NCBI GenBank assembly: GCA_964354495.1
Contig: CAYHAA010000001.1
Span: 90,001-122,000 of the forward strand
Length of the DNA: 32,000 nucleotides
Direction: 5' to 3'
Source of the DNA: an uncultured archaeon
GTDB lineage: Archaea; Asgardarchaeota; Thorarchaeia; Thorarchaeales; Thorarchaeaceae
This document shows, piece after piece, positions 1-8,781 of this stretch. The translations under genes were made by a program, and so were the position numbers. How positions within the stretch are numbered: the first letter of the stretch is position 1; each line of letters opens with the position of its first letter. Below the pieces are notes generated by a model. It did no database searches. It saw nothing but the letters and a program-made list of their open reading frames with translations, and was not told the origin of the DNA.

Positions 1-1111
1 TCACATGTGGCATCACGATAAGTCTCAGAGTTGGAGGTATTGGAGACGTAGATACACTCCAACCTTTGGTTTCTAATCTGAGCACTAGTTTGTCCAATGC
101 CACTTCCTTACTCCTGATTCCAATGATATTCATGACGGGCTCTATTGCAGTCCTCAGCAAAGGATTATTGTTGATACGGTCTCCTGCAATGCGTGTCCTT
201 CTCATGCATTCTTTCACTATTTCTCGGTACCCTTCCCTGCCAAGATTCTTCATAACAGCCCAGATTGCCAAAATGGATGCCGCGGGTCTGGTCCCGAGGA
301 TGGTGGCTTGTCTTGAACTTGCCCCCTGCAGGTATGGCACCTTCCGGGTAATGGCTTTTAGAAGCCGCTGCTCCCTGAAGATGATGCACCCTGCAGGAAT
401 TGGTGCAAGACCCATTTTATGCGGATCAGAACTGATGCTTGTGACTCCTTTCACTTTGAAATCGAACTCGAAATCTGATTCATGAATGTCTTTGAGAAAC
501 GGCAAGACGAACGCTCCAAAGGCAGCATCAACATGAAGTGGGAGTCCGTGGTCGTGCGCAATTCTGCCTAATTCATCGATAGGATCCACTTGTCCGAGGT
601 ATGTCGTACCCGCAGTACAGAATATCCCGACTGTATTCTTTGTGATCTTGGACTCTATTGCCCTCGGTATTGCACGATACTCCTTGTCGACAGATGTCTT
701 GGTCAACTTGACTCCGAGTAACCACGCGGCCTTGTCCACTGAGGAGTGGATGGTTCTGGGTGCTAAGATCTCTGGTCTGGTTGTCCTCTTCGATGACTCC
801 CTAGCGGCTAGCATTGCTAGTACATTCGATTCTGTCCCCCCTGAGGCCGTCGTGCCAAAGGGTGTATTCAAATTGAGAAGGTCTCCAATCATCGCAATGA
901 CCTCCTGTTCCACTTTTGCACAGCCCTTGAAAGTATGCATGCGACCAGCATTCTTCTCGAGTGTCCTGGAAAAGACCTCTGCACCAAGACTATGGGGTGT
1001 TGTTGACATGGATGCAACAGGACGTCCTGTCTCATATGTGGCATCATCTGCCAGAAGGGTGTCAAGGCTCTCCAGAACCTTGTCCCTGTCCATTCCCTGT
1101 TCTTCGAACAT
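1..1111 (-). CDS. mfnA: PLP-dependent tyrosine/aspartate decarboxylase (group II), 3' end truncated by window edge; absent from ORF track
   Basis: Hand translation from ATG at 1111: MFEEQGMDRDKVLESL...SGGTESNVLAMLAARE...TAGTTYLGQVDPIDELG...LHVDAAFGAF...SISSDPHKMGLAPIPAG...GTRPAAS...LRLIVMPHV. Contains the SGGTE, HVDAAFG and DPHK (PLP-Lys) motifs. No stop before position 1. Confidence 0.9.
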   Translation of the reverse strand, partial: MFEEQGMDRDKVLESLDTLLADDATYETGRPVASMSTTPHSLGAEVFSRTLEKNAGRMHTFKGCAKVEQEVIAMIGDLLNLNTPFGTTASGGTESNVLAMLAARESSKRTTRPEILAPRTIHSSVDKAAWLLGVKLTKTSVDKEYRAIPRAIESKITKNTVGIFCTAGTTYLGQVDPIDELGRIAHDHGLPLHVDAAFGAFVLPFLKDIHESDFEFDFKVKGVTSISSDPHKMGLAPIPAGCIIFREQRLLKAITRKVPYLQGASSRQATILGTRPAASILAIWAVMKNLGREGYREIVKECMRRTRIAGDRINNNPLLRTAIEPVMNIIGIRSKEVALDKLVLRLETKGWSVSTSPIPPTLRLIVMPHV

Positions 1112-1232
1112 TGCATCTGCTCCAGATTGGCGAGGCCGGTTTCTTGCAGCGTATAACGTTTACGTATTAAGAAAGTAGTGGTTTGTGTTCATCTTGGGCT
1201 GCGCTTCTAACGCCAAGAAGCAGTCCTGAATC

Positions 1233-2429
1233 TCATTCTTGTCGAGTGCTGAGTCTGCCCACAGCCTCTTTTATCGAATCTAATGCTTCATCGATGGTTT
1301 CCATTGATGTGGCGTAAGAGAACCGCAAGTATCCTTCCCCTCCTGCTCCGAATGCAGTGCCAGGCAGGCATGATACCCCTGCATCATGAAGAAGATAGTG
1401 TGCCATCTTCTTGGACGACATGTGTGTCTTCGTTATGTTTGGCCAGGCATAAAACGCACCTTGAGGTATCTGGCAAGTAATGCCGGGGATTCTGTTCAAT
1501 CCTTCTACGATTCTGTCGCGTCGCTTTCGGAAGACATTAACCATCTCAATTTGGTCTTCTTGAAGTCCCTTGAGGGCAGCGACGCCAGCTCTTTGAATGA
1601 ACTCTGAGGTGCATGTGAATGCGTTAATAATCAGTGTCTCAAGTTTTTCAACGAAAGACCTAGGTCCTATCAGATATCCCAACCTCCAACCTGTCATGGA
1701 ATAGGACTTGGAAAATCCATCCAGTAGGATTGTTCTCTCCTCTGCCTTGTCATAGGACGCCGGTGAGTGAAAATCGCTATCATAGACAAACTTCGAGTAG
1801 ATCTCATCTGACAGAATGAAACAGTCATACTCCTCAGCGATTTTAACGATATCCTCCAATCCCCGTTTTGTCATCACGCTGCCAGTGGGATTGTGAGGCG
1901 AATTCAGTATGATTAGCTTTGTTTTGGAGGAGATTCTATCCGCGATATCTCCAGAGTCCATTTGAAACCCATTCTCCTCTTTGAGTTGAATCGGAATGGA
2001 CTTCACACCAATGTACTTACACAGAGAACCATAGGTGGGGAATCCCGGGTCTGGGTAGATGACCTCATCTTTTGGGTTGCAGACTGCAACCATCGATAGA
2101 TAGATTCCTGGTTTGACGCCGGGAAGGACCACTACTCGATCCAGGTCAGGTGTAAAGCCTCTAGAGAGCTGAATCTCATCTTGAATGGCTCCTTTCAGCT
2201 CTGGAATACCTGTAGTCAATGTGTACCTAGTGAACCCATCCGTGATAGCTTGAATTCCAGCTCTCTTGATATGTTCTGGTGTAGGAAAATCCGGCTGTCC
2301 TATCTCAAAATGGAGTATTTTCCGGCCTGCCTTCTCAAGCTGCTGGGCATCCTTGAGCGCTTGCATTGCTCCCTCGCCCAGGATTCGGTCTGTTCCTTCT
2401 GCTAGTCTTGGCATTCTCTCGAGCCTCAA
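1233..2429 (-). CDS. PLP-dependent aminotransferase class I/II (AspC-like)
   Basis: Motifs GQPDF, YPDPGFPTY, NSPHNPTG, SDEIY, GFSKSYSMTGWRLG (PLP-Lys), GAFY, LRFSYA. The start may be ATG at 2414. Confidence 0.95.
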   Translation of the reverse strand: MRLERMPRLAEGTDRILGEGAMQALKDAQQLEKAGRKILHFEIGQPDFPTPEHIKRAGIQAITDGFTRYTLTTGIPELKGAIQDEIQLSRGFTPDLDRVVVLPGVKPGIYLSMVAVCNPKDEVIYPDPGFPTYGSLCKYIGVKSIPIQLKEENGFQMDSGDIADRISSKTKLIILNSPHNPTGSVMTKRGLEDIVKIAEEYDCFILSDEIYSKFVYDSDFHSPASYDKAEERTILLDGFSKSYSMTGWRLGYLIGPRSFVEKLETLIINAFTCTSEFIQRAGVAALKGLQEDQIEMVNVFRKRRDRIVEGLNRIPGITCQIPQGAFYAWPNITKTHMSSKKMAHYLLHDAGVSCLPGTAFGAGGEGYLRFSYATSMETIDEALDSIKEAVGRLSTRQE

Positions 2430-2486
2430 ATGGCCCCTATTCCACAGCTATTAATCAGTGTCTATCCGACACAACCATCTCAACTC

Positions 2487-3056
2487 CTATCGTGACTTGG
2501 TCTTCTTGTAGAGAATAGTTATGAGAAGACCCCCGATCAGGATGAAGCCAAGCGCCATGGAAATCCATTTCACAGTTGTGAAAGCGCTCGCGAGCACAAT
2601 GACGGATTCCGAGAGGTTGGGGTATGAGAGGATCTGGGAGAGAATAAGCAAGTTCTCCAGGTAGTCCATAGCACATCCAAGAAACGGGATAGAGATTAGT
2701 TTCGTCAGACTGCTTCTCTCGGGATATGTCCCTCTCAAACCGATCATGATGCCGAAGGCTATTGCTAGTGAATAGATGACTGGAAGCATGTAATCAAGCA
2801 GGTGAACCTGCGCCCATACAATCATACCCTCCTGACCTACCAGTGAGAATACTGTCTGAAGGTCTAGGAGACTGTACGCAAGTCGGAGGTCTGGCATGAC
2901 GAATTCACCATAGATATCGTAGACCAGTATCTGTGTCATATAGAACATGACTAGCATCAGACCAAGACTCAGGATGGTGAAAAGAGCCAGATTGCGCATG
3001 CTGGATTTCCGATCGACTGCAGAGATCATCTTCTCCATCGTGATACATCCTCCCAA
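2487..3056 (-). CDS. Uncharacterised multi-pass membrane protein
   Basis: About 4 hydrophobic segments with DLRLAYS, LDYMLPVIY and DYLENLL motifs. Likely start is ATG 3038, preceded by GGAGG. Confidence 0.75.
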   Translation of the reverse strand: MGGCITMEKMISAVDRKSSMRNLALFTILSLGLMLVMFYMTQILVYDIYGEFVMPDLRLAYSLLDLQTVFSLVGQEGMIVWAQVHLLDYMLPVIYSLAIAFGIMIGLRGTYPERSSLTKLISIPFLGCAMDYLENLLILSQILSYPNLSESVIVLASAFTTVKWISMALGFILIGGLLITILYKKTKSR

Positions 3057-3192
3057 TACCCAGCAAATTGCTGCTATTTGGATGTTCCTTTAATTAGTGC
3101 AACCTGATTCAGTTCTTGGATATCTTACTCTGCGCTTTCAGAGATAAGCTAATAAGCTGAAATCCTAGAACGAGTGAATGTCACAAACCTAT

Positions 3193-3264
3193 GGCCTAGG
3201 TGGTGTACCGGCAGCATAAGGGATTGTGGCTCCCTTGAAGGGGGTTCGATTCCCCCCCTGGGCC
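3193..3264 (+). tRNA. tRNA-His(GTG), encoded G-1, no encoded CCA
   Basis: Acceptor GCCTAGG/CCTGGGC (3194-3200/3257-3263), D arm GTGT/GCAT, anticodon arm AGGGA-TTGTGGC-TCCCT (GTG 3226-3228), T arm GGGGG-TTCGATT-CCCCC. G3193 lies opposite C73 at 3264. Confidence 0.95.
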
Positions 3265-3384
3265 CTCTATTCCTTCTACTTCGAACCCCGTCAGTTCTTG
3301 TCTTGTCACAAGTTGTGCTGACTCGATTGTTACACTCAAAGCATTAAGTACATAAACAGAATTCTCAGCAACTGCACTATTATT

Positions 3385-5319
3385 TTGGCACTGGAGTTGC
3401 TGTTCTTGACCTCTGTTGAAGGAACCGAGAGCAAGCCGACGAAGGCCTCTCTCAAGAGGGATATCGGATGGTTCGGTTCCTTTGCAATGGGATACGCGGA
3501 CGTAGGCGCTGATATCTACGTTGCGTTAGGTCTAGTTGCTGCATATGCTGCCGGATGGGCTCCCGTGGCCTTCATCATCGCATCCATCACCTATATCGCC
3601 ACAGGCTTAGCCTACGCTGAACTAGCGACGGCATATCCCTACGCGGGCGGCGCACAGGTCTATTCCATGAAGGCATTCAATGACTTTGCAGGGTTTCTTG
3701 CAGGGTGGTTGGTGATGCTGGACTATACCGTGTGCACAGCGCTCTTTGCTATCGCCACGACCGGCTATCTCACCTTCTTCTTCCCCGTGCTCACTCTGAC
3801 TACGTTTACGTTCACAATCCTGGGTCTACAAGTAGCTGTGAACGCTATAGGTCTTGTCGCCTTTGCCATTGTGCTAGTCCTCATCGGGATTAACATAGTG
3901 GGCATAAAGGAAGCATCCCGCCTCAATATGACAATGGTTGCCTTGAACATCATAGTGCTCTCATTGATCATGATTCTGGGGGTGCTTCTTGCCTTCAATT
4001 CGGATCTATTTGGTGTACAGATCTCAATCAGGGGCAATCCTGATTCGTTTGGACACATCGCCTATATCTGGAGCACCAATTACAGCGATCAGAATTTCCT
4101 CTATGCAGTGACTCTCGCCATGAGTTCCTTCATTGGGATTGAATCAATTGCTCAAGCTGCGGAGGAAACAAAGAGGCCTGACAGGACCATACCACGTGCA
4201 ACCAAGATGTCCATAGTATCTGTCCTTCTGTTTGCTGTTGGGCTCTCTGCCATGAGTCTCGGAATGATCTCTTGGGCTACACTTGGTGCAAATCTTGAAG
4301 ATCCGATTTCTGCACTCGTGCAATCCATCGGCGGGATAGGTGCTACATTACTTCCTATTGTCGCCTTCGCAGGCTTTGCAATTTGCCTTGTGTCTTCAAA
4401 TACAGGGATCATCGGTGTCTCAAGAGTCGTGTTTTCAATGAGCAACTTCGGTCTGTTGCCTGAATGGTTCTCAAAGGTCAATTCTAGGACCAGAACTCCC
4501 ATCAGGACCATTGTTGTGTTTGGCTCTATTGGCGCAGTGATGGCGCTCATTGGTCAACTTGACTGGGTGGCCGATCTCTACAACTTTGGAGCCCTTCTCT
4601 CCTACCTGATGGTCAATGTCTCTCTGATAGTCCTGCGGCAAACGGATAAAGAGGCACATCGCTCTTGGGAGGTGCCATATTCCATCAGACTGAACATCAA
4701 TGAAAAGCTATACGAGATTCCAATTCCCAGTCTCCTTGGAATCATAGCTTGTTCATCTATTTGGCTTCTGGTTGTCATCTTTCATCCAATGGGGCGTTTC
4801 TTGGGATTTAGCTGGACTGGAATCGGCATTCTGATATATATTCTTCATCGGCGCAGAATCGCGAAGCCGCTCTTTAGCCGAGATATCGGTTCTAGCATTA
4901 AACCTATGACGTACAAAATGAATGCACTCGTTCTCATTAGACCTGAAGAGAGGGAAACAATCGTCGACTCATTGCAGAGCAGTTTTGATACTAGATTCCG
5001 TTTTACTCTCATGACAGTCATTTCGACCGACAAATGGAAATTGCCACTCACAATGGCAAATCAGTACAAAGCACTCGCCAGCTCCGATCTTCGAAGCATC
5101 TCCGCAGACCTCAGATCTTCAGGATTTGAAACCAAAGAAGTAGTACATGTTGGGTCTCCGAAGAAGGTGGTGGCCGAGGCTGCCAAATCTGATCAGTATG
5201 ACTTTGTGATAGTTGTCCGGGGAAAGGCCTTTAAGAAGGGCAAGCGTGAGGCTTACGATGACATGATTTCCCTCGTATCGACCATTGCCCCGGGGAAACT
5301 CATGGTGGTGCGCAGATAA
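3385..5319 (+). CDS. APC-family amino acid/cation permease fused to C-terminal USP-like domain
   Basis: About 12 TM segments with GYADVGADIYVALG, YAELATAYPYAGG, GIESIAQAAEETKRP and SRVVFSMS motifs. The soluble tail ends VHVGSPKKVVAEAAKSDQYDFVIV...APGKLMVVR, a USP pattern. Confidence 0.9.
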   Translation: MALELLFLTSVEGTESKPTKASLKRDIGWFGSFAMGYADVGADIYVALGLVAAYAAGWAPVAFIIASITYIATGLAYAELATAYPYAGGAQVYSMKAFNDFAGFLAGWLVMLDYTVCTALFAIATTGYLTFFFPVLTLTTFTFTILGLQVAVNAIGLVAFAIVLVLIGINIVGIKEASRLNMTMVALNIIVLSLIMILGVLLAFNSDLFGVQISIRGNPDSFGHIAYIWSTNYSDQNFLYAVTLAMSSFIGIESIAQAAEETKRPDRTIPRATKMSIVSVLLFAVGLSAMSLGMISWATLGANLEDPISALVQSIGGIGATLLPIVAFAGFAICLVSSNTGIIGVSRVVFSMSNFGLLPEWFSKVNSRTRTPIRTIVVFGSIGAVMALIGQLDWVADLYNFGALLSYLMVNVSLIVLRQTDKEAHRSWEVPYSIRLNINEKLYEIPIPSLLGIIACSSIWLLVVIFHPMGRFLGFSWTGIGILIYILHRRRIAKPLFSRDIGSSIKPMTYKMNALVLIRPEERETIVDSLQSSFDTRFRFTLMTVISTDKWKLPLTMANQYKALASSDLRSISADLRSSGFETKEVVHVGSPKKVVAEAAKSDQYDFVIVVRGKAFKKGKREAYDDMISLVSTIAPGKLMVVRR

Positions 5320-5585
5320 TGTCAAAAATCAGCGTGATACTGAACATTACGGTTGAATCGAAGGACCTAGACAATGTATCGAAGGCTTTGGCATCGTTGC
5401 CTGAAGCCATTGATGTGTATGAAGTCACAGGTGAATCCGATTTAGTCGCAATAGTCCGTGCAGATGATGTAATAGGCTTTCGAAACATGCTCAAGAATGA
5501 TATATTAAAGATTGATGGAATAAAAACAACAGTGTCCAGCGTCATAATGTATACCCATAAGAAAGATGGAAAGAATGTAGATTAG
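5319..5585 (+). CDS. Stand-alone Lrp/AsnC ligand-binding (RAM) domain protein, no HTH
   Basis: 88 aa with VYEVTGESDLVAIV...ILKIDGIKTTVSSVI, typical of the AsnC C-terminal domain. ATG overlaps the permease stop. Confidence 0.85.
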   Translation: MSKISVILNITVESKDLDNVSKALASLPEAIDVYEVTGESDLVAIVRADDVIGFRNMLKNDILKIDGIKTTVSSVIMYTHKKDGKNVD

Positions 5586-5601
5586 TAGGAGGTTGAATCA
5601 T

Positions 5602-6030
5602 ATGAGTGATGATGATGCTTGCGTCCTCATACCCATCTCTGGCAAGCTAGAGTACTCTGACATGACTGCTGCAATGCTCCTCTTGCTACCATTTCACACA
5701 AAACGCATGATGTTGCTTCATGTCATCGAGACCCCAATCTCTACGCCATTAGAAACTGATGGGATGGGTAATGTATTCAAGGAGGCTGAAGATATGCTCA
5801 TCCCACTTCGGGACTGGCTTAATAATCAGGATTATGTGGCGACTATCAAAGTAGTAACCGCGCGACGAGTTCCAGATGCAATAGCTGAGGAAGCAAACTC
5901 CTCGGAATACTCGCTGGTATTCATGATGAAACGACGAAAGAAACGAGGCATTCTTGGTAGTTTCTCCAAAAGCGTCACCGAGTCTGTGATTCGCAATGTT
6001 GAATGTCCTGTCGTAACGATTCTCGTCTGA
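5602..6030 (+). CDS. Universal stress protein (USP)
   Basis: VLIPISG, LLHVIE, DAIAEEANSSEYSLVFM and SVTESVIRNVECPVVTI. ATG 5602 follows GGAGG (5588-5592). Confidence 0.85.
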   Translation: MSDDDACVLIPISGKLEYSDMTAAMLLLLPFHTKRMMLLHVIETPISTPLETDGMGNVFKEAEDMLIPLRDWLNNQDYVATIKVVTARRVPDAIAEEANSSEYSLVFMMKRRKKRGILGSFSKSVTESVIRNVECPVVTILV

Positions 6031-6052
6031 AACGAGGCGTCACCACGACCCG

Positions 6053-7723
6053 CTATCCTGCGTAGTGGTTCACGATTGGCATCTTCCAACCCATACCAAA
6101 GGCTCTCTTGGTGATCTTGATACAGGGTGCAGCCTGCCATCTCTTATACTCTGAGCGCCTGATTCTGGCGAGCACATCATCGACTATCTCTGCTGGATAT
6201 CCCTTTGCCATCAATTCCTTCTTGTCTAGTCTGTACTCTACAATATCATCTACCAACGGACTGACAGTATCAAAGTCAAATGGATCATACTGATCTGGTC
6301 GTAGTTCTGCTGAGGGTACCTTCCTGATACTGCTCTCTGGAATGATGTTTCTGCCTGCCTTTGAGTTGATGTACTCAGCCAGTTCATAGACCTGCAACTT
6401 ACTCACGTCGCCGAGTGCGCCCACTCCTCCGGCCATATCCCCATAGAGCGTACAATATCCAAGCGCCAGTTCAGTCTTGTTGCCAGTGTTCAAGACTAGG
6501 ATTCCGAGATCCTTCAGTCGATTAGAGAAATCCATGAGCGAGTTGCTTCGAACTCGAGGTTGGATATTTTCGTCAGCCACCGGGTCATCTGTAGATCTGT
6601 TCACACCAAATATCCGGCGTAAGTCCTCTAGAGGTGTCTTCAGGGTTTCGTGATATTGATTCACAATCTCTTGAATGGAGAACTTGACATAGTGTATGCC
6701 CAGATTCCTCGCAAGCTGCTCGGCATCATCCTTGCTGTGTTGGCTTGAAAAACGAGAGGGCATTGAAACGCCAATCACATTCTCTGGACCCAGAGCATTG
6801 GTTGCGATACAAGCTGACACTGCTGAATCTATTCCGCCGCTCAGTCCAAGGATTGCCCGCGTAAAACCTGTCTTTGCAAAGTAGTCATGGATGCCCAATG
6901 ACAGAGCATCGAACATCTCTTTTTGGCGATTGTATGCCGGTCTTGTTGCTCTCTTGCCTACTCCACGTTCGACATCAAGCTCAACAAGGACAGTATCCTC
7001 CTTGAATGCCTCACCATGGGCTACTAGCTTTCCGGACGCATCTGCACCGACACTTTGTCCGTCGAAGACTAGTTCGTCTTGTCCTCCAACAAGATTGCAA
7101 AGCAAGACTGGGACCCCGTCCTTCTTGGCTCGCGACCTCACAAGTTTCTCTCTCTGGTTTCCTTTTCCCACGAAAAAGGGGGAAGCCGAAATGTTGATGA
7201 TAAGTTGTGCACCTCGCTCAGTGAGCAGGTCTGTCACTTTTATTTCGTACTCGTCATCCCATAGGTCCTCACAGATCTCAACTCCAAGGTATACATCATC
7301 CCCTGCGAGCGTAATTCTGCGCGGGCGAATTTCATCTGGTCTTCCGGGTTCAAAATACCTGTCTTCATCGAATACATCATAGGTTGGCAACAAGGTCTTC
7401 TTGACGATTGCTAGAATCTTGCGATGCGAAACCACAGCAGCACAATTGTACAGTCTCCATTCTTTGTCATAGTCGACGAAGCCTACAACTACTGTCAATC
7501 CGTGGCAATAATGAGATATCTCTTTGATGGCTAACTTGTTCGCCAAGATGAACTTCTTGTTGTATAACAGATCTCGGGGTGGATATCCCGTAATTGCGAG
7601 CTCCGGAAAGACTGCAAGCTCAGCACCGGCTTCCCGCGCCTGTCGAATCCATGTCTCTATCTTCACGACATTACCGTTGATATCTCCCACTGTGGAGTTC
7701 ATCTGAATCAATGCAATCTTCAC
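6053..7723 (-). CDS. nadE: Glutamine-dependent NAD+ synthetase (nitrilase + synthetase domains)
   Basis: Nitrilase triad contexts FPELAITGYPP, KKTLLPTYDVFDE and EICEDLW; synthetase motifs LSGGIDS, NKTELALGYCTLYGD and PSAELRPDQ. Start reassigned to GTG 7723 (MKIALIQMN), preceded by GGTGA. Confidence 0.95.
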   Translation of the reverse strand: MKIALIQMNSTVGDINGNVVKIETWIRQAREAGAELAVFPELAITGYPPRDLLYNKKFILANKLAIKEISHYCHGLTVVVGFVDYDKEWRLYNCAAVVSHRKILAIVKKTLLPTYDVFDEDRYFEPGRPDEIRPRRITLAGDDVYLGVEICEDLWDDEYEIKVTDLLTERGAQLIINISASPFFVGKGNQREKLVRSRAKKDGVPVLLCNLVGGQDELVFDGQSVGADASGKLVAHGEAFKEDTVLVELDVERGVGKRATRPAYNRQKEMFDALSLGIHDYFAKTGFTRAILGLSGGIDSAVSACIATNALGPENVIGVSMPSRFSSQHSKDDAEQLARNLGIHYVKFSIQEIVNQYHETLKTPLEDLRRIFGVNRSTDDPVADENIQPRVRSNSLMDFSNRLKDLGILVLNTGNKTELALGYCTLYGDMAGGVGALGDVSKLQVYELAEYINSKAGRNIIPESSIRKVPSAELRPDQYDPFDFDTVSPLVDDIVEYRLDKKELMAKGYPAEIVDDVLARIRRSEYKRWQAAPCIKITKRAFGMGWKMPIVNHYAG

Positions 7724-7736
7724 AGATATCTCACCA

Positions 7737-8120
7737 TCACTTCGTTCGAAACATGCGAGAAAAGTGTTTTGTGTCCTCCTCTGGTGGCACATGTTGCAGT
7801 ATTCTACACGTTGGAGGCAAAAAAGGCATTAAGTGGATTACATCATGCCCTCTCAGACATCTCTTCGAGAGAGTCCACTTGACGAGAAAGTTCGGAATTT
7901 GGCTGGCTTCGCTCTTCTTGATTACTTCTTGCAGGGCTCTGAAAGCATTGTAGAATCCAACTAGCCCTACCAAACCAGCCACAACCAGAAATACGATGAA
8001 AGAGTAAAGAACTCCTTCCCGCAGGCATAGGGCTGCGACCATTGCTAAGCTGAAGCTGACTATAATGAGACAACCTCCGACGCTGAACGACCCTGCACTA
8101 TCCCAATCATCTGCAGCCAT
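7737..8120 (-). CDS. Small 2-TM membrane protein of unknown function
   Basis: Two hydrophobic helices followed by a soluble tail. ATG 8120 is preceded by GAGGT. The stop lies 13 nt upstream of the nadE start. Confidence 0.55.
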   Translation of the reverse strand: MAADDWDSAGSFSVGGCLIIVSFSLAMVAALCLREGVLYSFIVFLVVAGLVGLVGFYNAFRALQEVIKKSEASQIPNFLVKWTLSKRCLRGHDVIHLMPFLPPTCRILQHVPPEEDTKHFSRMFRTK

Positions 8121-8228
8121 AGGCACCTACCTCGCCCTGCCCATTAAGGACTGCGCTTATGAATCTCCGCTAGCTAATCTCTCAGGGATTATGCGTACTA
8201 CTGAATGTGTCCTGATGCTGTCAGTCGC

Positions 8229-8245
8229 AAAGAAAAAAAGGGAAA
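8229..8245 (-). terminator. Oligo-T tract, candidate archaeal terminator
   Basis: The minus strand reads TTTCCCTTTTTTTCTTT about 57 nt after the stop of the 8302-8646 gene. Confidence 0.4.
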
Positions 8246-8301
8246 CACGAAGTTCTTCACAAGAATGTCCAGAACTCATGTTCCTCTTTTGTTTGTGATT
8301 A

Positions 8302-8646
8302 CTACTGCTTGAATGCTGCCCTTGTGCTTGGAATCAGCAGGTATACCACGATAATCACTGGTATGACAAGTGACACTAGCTGAATGGTCGGGTACACTGC
8401 GAATATGATGTTAAGGATGTTGACTATCAATGTCCATATCCAAGCCCAACCCTTCAGGTTCCATAAGCCATAGAACAGTATGAAGCATATGATGCCCAAT
8501 ATCAGCGGGATGGCTGCAAAAAGCAGAAGTATCGGACCCAAGAGTAACGCGGCCATCACTGCTAGTGCGCCTGTGATTAGGAGCAACAAAGCTGACAGTA
8601 ACTGTAGTATAGCGAGTATCGTAATACCAATTGGTCTTCCAGCCAT
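8302..8646 (-). CDS. Small 4-TM membrane protein of unknown function
   Basis: MAGRPIGITILAIL...GLWNLKGWAW. ATG 8646 is preceded by GAAGGAGA, and the gene ends with a tandem stop TAG TAA. Confidence 0.75.
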   Translation of the reverse strand: MAGRPIGITILAILQLLSALLLLITGALAVMAALLLGPILLLFAAIPLILGIICFILFYGLWNLKGWAWIWTLIVNILNIIFAVYPTIQLVSLVIPVIIVVYLLIPSTRAAFKQ

Positions 8647-8781
8647 ATCTATATCTCCTTCACACAACCCAAGTTGTGGGTGTAAGACTGCATCTTAGTG
8701 ACTAATAAGCACTCTGGGGAGAGCGCTCTTGATGAAATTTGCCCTTTTGGATGCCAAAACATGAGTCACGAACCATTTTTC

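Noticed and set aside
66-1178. Plus-strand ORFs 66-485, 642-1178 and 961-1170, and minus ORFs 165-389 and 889-1116
   Set aside because: They are antisense or off-frame shadows of mfnA, which has clear family motifs.
7724-7792. N-terminal extension of NadE in the ORF track
   Set aside because: It overlaps the upstream gene. The nitrilase domain begins at GTG 7723 with an SD-like GGTGA.
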